Positions 57,311 through 64,000 of a DNA stretch of 64,000 bases are shown here, piece by piece. Source of the DNA: Roseibacillus sp. GTDB lineage: Bacteria; Verrucomicrobiota; Verrucomicrobiia; Verrucomicrobiales; Akkermansiaceae. Within the stretch, counting starts at the first letter, position 1. Each line of letters starts with the position of its first letter. Below the pieces are notes generated by a model. The model did no database searches and had not been told where the DNA came from. It saw nothing but the letters and a program-made list of their open reading frames with translations. The translations under genes and the position numbers were made by a program. The stretch is from NCBI GenBank assembly GCA_051251855.1, contig JBPOGI010000001.1, forward strand, positions 1-64,000, written 5' to 3'.

Positions 57311-57575
57311 GGTGGATCTGCGAGGCCTTGAAAAACCGAATGGGCGGGGGGGGAGAGGCGAAAGGATGAGGGGAGATCTGCGAGGCCTTGAAAAACCGAA
57401 TATTCAAAAACTCAAAAACCAAAATCGAGTGTTCGAAAGCTGATTGGTGAAAGGGAAGGTCTCGACGTAACTCGGGGTCAACTCACTTTCGAACTCGGAA
57501 AAAGACCTGCAACCGATCTCCTTTGGTTTTTGAGTTTTTGAATATTCGGTTTTTCAAGGTCTCTCGGTCCCACCC
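57311..57575. repeat. Inverted-repeat element (MITE-like or invertible segment)
   Basis: 38-bp perfect IR 57386-57423 / 57522-57559; a 27-nt direct duplicate at 57315-57341 and 57375-57401. Confidence 0.75.
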
Positions 57576-57687
57576 TTGTCCAAGGGCACTTCGAAGTCTC
57601 AAGCGAGATCGCTTCGAAGTCCAAAGAGTCGTCTCTGAGGGTTGCATTCCTTTGGCAAGTGGTTCATGCCCTTGGGCCGAAACACTG

Positions 57688-60408
57688 ATGACCCGCCCTG
57701 CTCCTGGACAAAGATGGATGAGTCGCTCGGAACCCAAATTGGGTTTGGGCGTGATTGTGGAAGTAGAAGGAGCCCAAGTGGTGGTCCTTTTTCCTGCTGC
57801 TGAAGAGACACGGCGTTATGCCTTGCAAACGGCGCCTTTGGTAAGGGTGCTTTTTAAAGAGGGTGATGTGGTGCGCGACCAGTTTGAGGGAGATTTCACG
57901 ATTCAGAAGGTGGAGCATACTGAGAAGGGGTTGGTGAATTATCACTGTGTGGATGAGACGGTTTTGGAGGAAATTGATTTGCTCGATACGTTGAGCTTTT
58001 CGTCGCCTGATGATCGGTTGTTGGCGGGAATTTGTGATGACTTTCGGCTCTTTGATTTTCGACAGCGGGCTTTGCGTTGGAACGCGGAGGTTCGGCAGTC
58101 GCCAGCGCGGGGTTTTTCGGGTGGGCGCGTGGATTTGATTCCGCATCAGTTTGCGATTGTGGCGGAGGCGGCTTCGCGTTTGCACCCGCGCTTGTTGCTG
58201 GCGGATGAAGTGGGTTTGGGAAAGACGATTGAGGCGTGTTTAATTTTGCATCACTTGCATCTGACGGGGCGGGCAAATCGGATTTTAATTTTGGTGCCGG
58301 AGGCGCTGGTTCACCAGTGGTTCGTGGAGCTTTATAAGCGCTTTAATATGATGTTTGCGCTCTTTGATGAGGGGCGGGCGGTATCGATTGAAGAAGGGGA
58401 CCCAACGGCGAATCCGTTTCTGGATAGTCAGCTGATTTTGGCTTCGACGGATTTTTTGGCGGAATCTAACAATCGATCGGAGCAGGCGCGAGAGGCGGGT
58501 TTTGATTTGTTGATTGTGGATGAGGCGCATCATTTGGACTGGTCGCCGGAGGGCGCGAGTCCAGCTTATGAAATGGTGGAGGGCTTGGCGGGAGTGGTTC
58601 CGAGTTTGCTCTTGTTGACGGCTACGCCTCAGCAGTTAGGGCCGGAGGGACACTTTGCACGTTTGCGTTTGTTAGACCCGAATCGTTATACGGATCTCAA
58701 GGCCTTCGGCAAGGAGGCTCAATCTTATGAGCCGTTGGCGAAGGTAGTGGAGGCTTTGAGCGAGGGTGGTTTGCCCGTGGCGAAAGATTTGGCGCCGTTT
58801 GTGAAGACCTCGCCAAGGGCGGCGGATCATTTGAAAGCATTGACGAAGGGTGACGAGGAAGCGCGACCGTTGTTGATTTCGGAGTTGGTGGATTCGTTTG
58901 GGACGGGTCGGGTGTTGTTCCGGAATACGCGGGACCGTTTGACGGGCTTTCCGGTTCGTCGCTTGGAACTTTATCCGCTGGGTGAGGGGGAGAAGGCGTC
59001 GGCTTGGTTGGCGGGGTTGCTGAAGAAGTTAGGCGATGAAAAGGTGTTGCTCATTACGCACACCACGGATGCGGCGATTCGGATTCAGGAGAATTTGCTG
59101 GAATTAGTGAATGTGGAAACGGCGCTTTTCCATGAAGAGCTAAGTATTATGGAGCGGGATCGGAATGCGGCGTGGTTCGCGGATCCGGATGGAGCCCGTA
59201 TCTTGATTTGTTCTGAGATTGGAAGTGAGGGGCGGAACTTCCAGTTCGCGCATCACTTGGTGTTGTTTGACTTGCCGCAAAACCCAGAGGTGCTCGAGCA
59301 GCGCATTGGGCGCTTGGACCGGATTGGGCAGACGGAGGATATTTTGATTCACGTGCCTTATGTGAAAGATACCAGTTATGAGTTGTTGACGCGCTGGTTG
59401 GCGGAAGGTTTGGCGGCTTTTGAAAAGCCACTGAAGGGGTCGGCGACTCTGACGGCGGAGCTGATGCCTGAGTTGTTAGAATTCGTTCAGGACCCTCGGC
59501 CGAAAGAGTTTGAGGCCTTTATTAAGAAGACGCAGCAGCGGCGGGATGAGGTTGCTGACGAGTTAGCAAGTGGTCATGATCGATTGCTGGCGTTGGGTGC
59601 ACCGCCGACAGAGCGAGCGGAGGAATTACTGGGTGCGGTGGATGATGCGGATGGTAATCGCCAGTTCGAAAGCTTTTCGCTGCGCTTGTTTGACCACTTG
59701 GGCTTAGATGTCGATGACTTGGCAGAGAGGAATTATCATCTTAAGCGTGGACAGCGATTGAGTGAGACCTTTGCGGATTTGCCGGAGGATGGGCTGGCTG
59801 TGACCTTTGAGCGTTCGGAAGCGTTGTTTCGAGAAGATCTGACCTTTGTGACGGCGGATCACCCGACTTTCCGGACGGCGTTAGATCAGTTTTTGGCCGA
59901 CGATACGGGAAACTCGAGCTTCGCGCATTGGAAGACGGGGCAGGGAAAGGGGATCTATTTGCAATGTAGCTTTATCTTGGAGTGTCTCGCTCCCGAGCGC
60001 CTCCATATTGACCGCTTCTTGGCGCCGACTTTGATAGCGGTGACGGTGGACCATCGTGAGAAAGAGCGAAATGGGGAGGAACTCTTTAAGGATATTCCGT
60101 TGCGTCCGGCCGATCCCCATCGGGTGGTGTCGCAGGAGAGTTTCCGGAAGAATATTTTGCCTGCCCTGATGAAGACGGCTCGTGCCATTGCGGAGAAGAA
60201 GAGCGCGGCACCGTTGGCTGCTTCAAAGGTGAAGGCGACGGAGGCTTTGGATGCCTCGTTAGCCCGGTTGAAGGATTTGGCGAGTAGGAATCCGCAGGTT
60301 TCTCCTGAGGAGATTGCGGAGGTTCAGGAGATGAAGGATGAGATTGCCTTTGCGTTGGGTCACTCGCGGCTGCGGCTCGATAGTGTGCGTTTGGTTTGGC
60401 AGACGTAG
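57688..60408 (+). CDS. rapA: RNA polymerase-associated SWI2/SNF2 ATPase RapA (HepA)
   Basis: GQRWMS.SEP.LGLG, LLADEVGLGKTIEA, DEAHHL, SEIGSEGRNFQFA, LEQRIGRLDRIGQ, RLDSVRL. Confidence 0.93.
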   Translation: MTRPAPGQRWMSRSEPKLGLGVIVEVEGAQVVVLFPAAEETRRYALQTAPLVRVLFKEGDVVRDQFEGDFTIQKVEHTEKGLVNYHCVDETVLEEIDLLDTLSFSSPDDRLLAGICDDFRLFDFRQRALRWNAEVRQSPARGFSGGRVDLIPHQFAIVAEAASRLHPRLLLADEVGLGKTIEACLILHHLHLTGRANRILILVPEALVHQWFVELYKRFNMMFALFDEGRAVSIEEGDPTANPFLDSQLILASTDFLAESNNRSEQAREAGFDLLIVDEAHHLDWSPEGASPAYEMVEGLAGVVPSLLLLTATPQQLGPEGHFARLRLLDPNRYTDLKAFGKEAQSYEPLAKVVEALSEGGLPVAKDLAPFVKTSPRAADHLKALTKGDEEARPLLISELVDSFGTGRVLFRNTRDRLTGFPVRRLELYPLGEGEKASAWLAGLLKKLGDEKVLLITHTTDAAIRIQENLLELVNVETALFHEELSIMERDRNAAWFADPDGARILICSEIGSEGRNFQFAHHLVLFDLPQNPEVLEQRIGRLDRIGQTEDILIHVPYVKDTSYELLTRWLAEGLAAFEKPLKGSATLTAELMPELLEFVQDPRPKEFEAFIKKTQQRRDEVADELASGHDRLLALGAPPTERAEELLGAVDDADGNRQFESFSLRLFDHLGLDVDDLAERNYHLKRGQRLSETFADLPEDGLAVTFERSEALFREDLTFVTADHPTFRTALDQFLADDTGNSSFAHWKTGQGKGIYLQCSFILECLAPERLHIDRFLAPTLIAVTVDHREKERNGEELFKDIPLRPADPHRVVSQESFRKNILPALMKTARAIAEKKSAAPLAASKVKATEALDASLARLKDLASRNPQVSPEEIAEVQEMKDEIAFALGHSRLRLDSVRLVWQT

Positions 60409-60487
60409 GAGCGGGATGATACGAAATTTCTTTGAAGACTATTTTCGCGCTTTTCGTCAGAGGCAGGTAATGAGAGGTTCCGCTACG

Positions 60488-61417
60488 ATGCGAGGCGTTA
60501 CAGCACTATTGGGATTGGCGGGGTTGATGAGTATGATGGCGTGCGCGCCGGTACCTGCTGCCTTTCCTCCGACGGTGACTGGAGCTCAAGGTCAAGGTGG
60601 GGTTGCACCGGCTCCGGTTTTTGCTCCACAGGTAGCACCGCCTACGGGTCTTTTGCCGAGTGCGCCTATTCCTCCGATTACGGCGAAAGCAGCGATTGTG
60701 ATGGATGGGGTAACGGGGCGGGTCTTGGCTGCGAAAAATGCGGATGAGCGTCGTGCAGTGGCCTCCACGCAGAAAATTCTGACGGCATTGGTTGCGCTGG
60801 AGAGCGGTCCTTTGAGCGATCCGGTGACGGTGGAGGATTCGGATACGCGGGTGGAGCCTTCGAAGGTCTATATTCGAACTGGTGAGACTTATACGCGGGC
60901 GGCTTTGATCAAGGCGTTGATGGTGAAGAGTGGAAATGATGTTGCGAAGGCGCTGGCGCGTGATGTGGCGGGAAGCGAGGAGGCGTTTATGGCTCAAATG
61001 AATTCGAAGGCGCTGTCTTTGGGGATGAGGAACTCGCGTTTTCTCAATCCGCATGGATTAACGGAAGAGGGTCAGTATTCGACGGCACGCGATATTGGGA
61101 TTTTAGCGAAGGCTGCTTATCAATCTCCTGTAATGCGAGGTTTTATGAGGACGAAGAGTTACACCTTTACGCGTCCGAGTGGTGATACGAAGACGCTGAC
61201 GAATACGAATCAGCTTTTGAGTAAGGTTCCGTATTGCACGGGAATGAAGACGGGAACGACAAAGGCGTCGGGACGTTGTTTGGTTTCAGCGGGAGAGCTC
61301 AATGGGCGGCTAACGATTGTAGTGGTGCTAGGAGCCAGTAGTGAGCCGGCCCTCTATAAAGACTCCGAGGCGCTCCTTAGGTGGAGCTTGGAGAGAGCTG
61401 AGCCGAGCTTGAACTAG
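60488..61417 (+). CDS. D-alanyl-D-alanine carboxypeptidase (peptidase S11), probable lipoprotein
   Basis: SxxK (STQK), SGN, KTG motifs; lipobox-like MMAC. Confidence 0.88.
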   Translation: MRGVTALLGLAGLMSMMACAPVPAAFPPTVTGAQGQGGVAPAPVFAPQVAPPTGLLPSAPIPPITAKAAIVMDGVTGRVLAAKNADERRAVASTQKILTALVALESGPLSDPVTVEDSDTRVEPSKVYIRTGETYTRAALIKALMVKSGNDVAKALARDVAGSEEAFMAQMNSKALSLGMRNSRFLNPHGLTEEGQYSTARDIGILAKAAYQSPVMRGFMRTKSYTFTRPSGDTKTLTNTNQLLSKVPYCTGMKTGTTKASGRCLVSAGELNGRLTIVVVLGASSEPALYKDSEALLRWSLERAEPSLN

Positions 61418-61432
61418 CGATCAGGGGGCCAT

Positions 61433-61469
61433 AAAAAAGCCCTTCGCTTTTTGAGCGAAAGGGCTTTTT
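61433..61469. terminator. Bidirectional Rho-independent terminator
   Basis: A6-gcccttcgct...agcgaaagggc-T5 between convergent genes. Confidence 0.75.
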
Positions 61470-61489
61470 GATAAGAGGTGCTTCTCTTC

Positions 61490-61816
61490 CTAAGCGCTGA
61501 GGTCTTTGATGTCGCCACTGGCGTTCTTGATGATGGACTGAATCCCGTTCTTAAGGCCTGACCCAGTCTTATACTGTTGGCTTTGGCCGATAATCTGGCC
61601 GTTGCCCGCCTTGAGAGTGAAGTAGCCTTTGCCGTTGGCCGCTTCTTTGGTTTCGAAGTTGTCGACGGTGGTGGCGTTCTTCTTAACGGACTCGATGCCG
61701 TTGAGGGCCGCGGGTTTGTCTTTGTAGGCTTGGCTTTGGAGGATAATTTCGCCGTTGCCCGCTTTCATGCGGAAGTGAAATTTGCTCGTTTTTTCGCTCT
61801 GAAATAGTTCAAACAT
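61490..61816 (-). CDS. YegP family (tandem DUF1508) protein
   Basis: Two repeats F.MKAGNGEIILQSQ.Y...NGI.S / FTLKAGNGQIIGQSQ.Y...NGI.S. Confidence 0.88.
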   Translation of the reverse strand: MFELFQSEKTSKFHFRMKAGNGEIILQSQAYKDKPAALNGIESVKKNATTVDNFETKEAANGKGYFTLKAGNGQIIGQSQQYKTGSGLKNGIQSIIKNASGDIKDLSA

Positions 61817-61990
61817 CGTTTTTGGAGGTTGGGGTTGTCTATTTTGATGAGCCGACATCGACTCGACAGCTATAAAAAGAACAAAATTCTGTGTGAAGTC
61901 ACCTAAAATCGGTGGCCTGATGGCGGCATTCGCGGAATTCGATCTCCTCAAGCCGTTGATGGAGGGGCAGCATCTGGACTTACCTTTGCT

Positions 61991-63934
61991 ATGAGTGCAC
62001 CGAATTCTTCCGACTACCTAGAAAAGCTGAAGCAGGTTTTTGGCTTTGGTTCGCTGAGGTCAGGTCAGAAAGAGGTGGTGGAGATCCTACTAGGAGGGCG
62101 TTCGGCGTTGGCTATTTTTCCAACGGGGGGAGGGAAAAGTCTTTGTTATCAATTGCCAGCGTTGATGTGGCCGGGGCTGACGTTGGTGGTTTCTCCACTG
62201 ATGGCCTTGATGCGTGAGCAAGTGGACTTTTTGAGGGAGAAGGGAGTCGCTGCTGAGAAGTTGGATAGCTCGCTGGATGCCGACGGGGTGCAGGAGGTGT
62301 ATCGGAAGCTGAGGGCAGGGGAAGTGCAGCTGTTGTATGTGGCGCCGGAACGTTTCGCGAACGAGCGGTTTCGGAATGCGTTGAAGGGGTGTGACATCGA
62401 GTTGCTGGCGGTGGATGAGGCCCATTGTATCTCGGAATGGGGCCATAATTTTCGGCCTGACTACCTGAAGTTGGCGGAGGCGGCAGTGCAGTTTGGGATT
62501 AAGCGGTGTTTGGCGCTGACGGCGACGGCGACGCCTGGGGTGGCGAAGGATATTCAGCGGGCCTTTAAGATTACCGATGAGGATGCGGTTCAGACGGGGT
62601 TTAGGAGGGAAAACTTGGCTTTGCACGTGACCCCTTGTTCCTTGCAGCAGCGCGATGAGCTTTTGGTTGAAAAAGTAACGGCGTTGGAGGGTGCTGTGAT
62701 TGTCTATGTGACCTTGCAGCAGACGGCAGAAGCGGTTTCGGGTGTCTTGCAGCGGGCGGGGGTGTCGGCGCGGGCTTATCACGCTGGGATGAGGGGCGAA
62801 GCGCGTGAAGAAGTACAGAGCGCGTTCATGAATGATGAGGTGCGCGTGGTGGTGGCGACGATTGCCTTTGGGATGGGGATTGATAAAGGGGGGATTCGGG
62901 CTGTGTTCCACTATAATTTACCCAAGACACTGGAGAACTATGTACAGGAGGTGGGGCGAGCGGGGCGCGATGGGAAGCCTTCGCATTGTGAGGTGCTGGC
63001 TTGTTTGGATGATTTGGTGACGCTGGAGAACTTTATTTATGGAGACACCCCTGATCCGCAGGCCATTAAGAGTGTCGCGGAGCACGTCTTGTTAGTGGGA
63101 GAGGAGTTTGACATCAGTCTTTATGAGTTGAGTCGTGGCTGCGATGTGAAGCCGGTGGTGATGGAGACTTTACTGGCTTATCTGGAGTTGGAGGGCTGGA
63201 TTGAGTCTCGAGGGGCTTTCTATGCGGCGCGGGCGCTTCGGTTTCTGCGAGGGGAAAAGCAAACCTTGGCGGGCCATACTCCAGAAAGGCGAGAGTTTCT
63301 CGAAAAGCTCTTTGCGACAGGGAAGATGGGGCGGAGTTGGTTGAACTTGTCGCTTGAGGAGTCGGCTGAGCAATTAGGAGAGTCGACGGAGAAGATTGCC
63401 AAGGCCTTGGATTGGCTGGAGGCCCATGGTGATATTGTGGTGAAGCCTTCAAAGGTGAGAAAGCGCTTCCGTCGGCTCAAAGAGGCGGATGCGACCATTG
63501 TTAAAGAACTTTCGGAGAAGATGGGGCGGGTTTTTGAGGGGAGAGAGGACCGAGATGTAGGGCGTTTGGAAAGTGTGGTTACCTTTTTGGGATCGAGTCA
63601 GTGTCTCACGACTCAGTTGTTAGATTACTTTGGGGAAATCGATGCGGAGGTTTGCGGTCAGTGCAGTTCTTGTCAGGGCAAGGGGGCGACTTTGCCCGAG
63701 AGGAGTTACCAGGAGCTAAGCCTGGAAGATGTGGAGTTGATTCAGACTTTGATTGCGGAGAGACAAGCGGCTTTGCGGACTCCGCGTCAATTGGCGCGAT
63801 TTTTGTGTGGAATCGCCAGTCCAGCGAGCACGGGATCCGGTCTCAAGCGCCATCGAGCGCATGGGATTTTCGCTAATTTGCCCTTTTTGGAGGTTTTAGC
63901 GACCGTTCAAGCACTTGGGAAACATAGAATTTAA
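61991..63934 (+). CDS. recQ: RecQ-family ATP-dependent DNA helicase
   Basis: PTGGGKSLCYQLPA, VDEAHCISEWGHNFRPDY, ATIAFGMGIDK, QEVGRAGRDG, Zn motif C..YFGE..CGQCSSC. Confidence 0.9.
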   Translation: MSAPNSSDYLEKLKQVFGFGSLRSGQKEVVEILLGGRSALAIFPTGGGKSLCYQLPALMWPGLTLVVSPLMALMREQVDFLREKGVAAEKLDSSLDADGVQEVYRKLRAGEVQLLYVAPERFANERFRNALKGCDIELLAVDEAHCISEWGHNFRPDYLKLAEAAVQFGIKRCLALTATATPGVAKDIQRAFKITDEDAVQTGFRRENLALHVTPCSLQQRDELLVEKVTALEGAVIVYVTLQQTAEAVSGVLQRAGVSARAYHAGMRGEAREEVQSAFMNDEVRVVVATIAFGMGIDKGGIRAVFHYNLPKTLENYVQEVGRAGRDGKPSHCEVLACLDDLVTLENFIYGDTPDPQAIKSVAEHVLLVGEEFDISLYELSRGCDVKPVVMETLLAYLELEGWIESRGAFYAARALRFLRGEKQTLAGHTPERREFLEKLFATGKMGRSWLNLSLEESAEQLGESTEKIAKALDWLEAHGDIVVKPSKVRKRFRRLKEADATIVKELSEKMGRVFEGREDRDVGRLESVVTFLGSSQCLTTQLLDYFGEIDAEVCGQCSSCQGKGATLPERSYQELSLEDVELIQTLIAERQAALRTPRQLARFLCGIASPASTGSGLKRHRAHGIFANLPFLEVLATVQALGKHRI

Positions 63935-64000
63935 AGGTTAGAATTCATTTTTTCTTAGGGACATTTTTAGCTGATTTTGGGCTGAATACTGGGGATCTGT

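Noticed and set aside
57315..57401. Two identical 27-nt direct repeats with a 33-nt spacer (mini-CRISPR appearance)
   Set aside because: Only two units, a low-complexity G-rich spacer and no cas genes; the repeat is part of the larger inverted-repeat element.
57523..57687. N-terminal extension of RapA, and the MVFEFLNIRFFK start shared with ORF 56502-57422
   Set aside because: Both arise from translating the inverted-repeat arms; RapA similarity begins at Met 57688.

Overview
64 kb of bacterial chromosome, most likely Verrucomicrobiota. This is inferred from three PEP-CTERM proteins, a passenger-associated beta-strand repeat protein, an OB-fold periplasmic sensor kinase, a sulfatase, LpxI and GGAG/GTAG REP-like repeats. 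The housekeeping backbone comprises nuoGHIJK-(small membrane gene)-LMN, acyP, glnS, floA/nfeD, lpxI, ilvD, metY-type sulfhydrylase, rho, uxaC, a group-2-like sigma70, a class V aminotransferase, rapA, a D,D-carboxypeptidase, yegP, recQ and tRNA-Ser(CGA). Accessory parts are a PEP-CTERM/sulfatase islet beside the tRNA, three cassette-like genes at 22.5-24.4 kb, a GH3/two-component/surface-protein glucan locus at 26-34.5 kb, and a cyanate uptake/cyanase cluster at 36.7-42.7 kb. Six observations stand out. (1) A Tat-exported bacterial protein carries the signature motifs of eukaryotic ADO/PCO thiol dioxygenases. (2) A ~100-bp structured repeat with compensatory changes brackets a PEP-CTERM gene just behind tRNA-Ser. 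(3) The cyanate operon is headed by a NasS-like sensor that has a LysR neighbour and a sigma54-type promoter but no ANTAR partner. (4) A perfect Rex-type operator precedes nuoG and a PerR/Irr-type box precedes the sigma factor. (5) Leaderless promoter geometry recurs at many genes. (6) A 38-bp perfect inverted-repeat element sits in a divergent promoter region. No integrase, transposase, cas gene or rRNA was recognised. All calls come from reading motifs by eye; no database searches were run.
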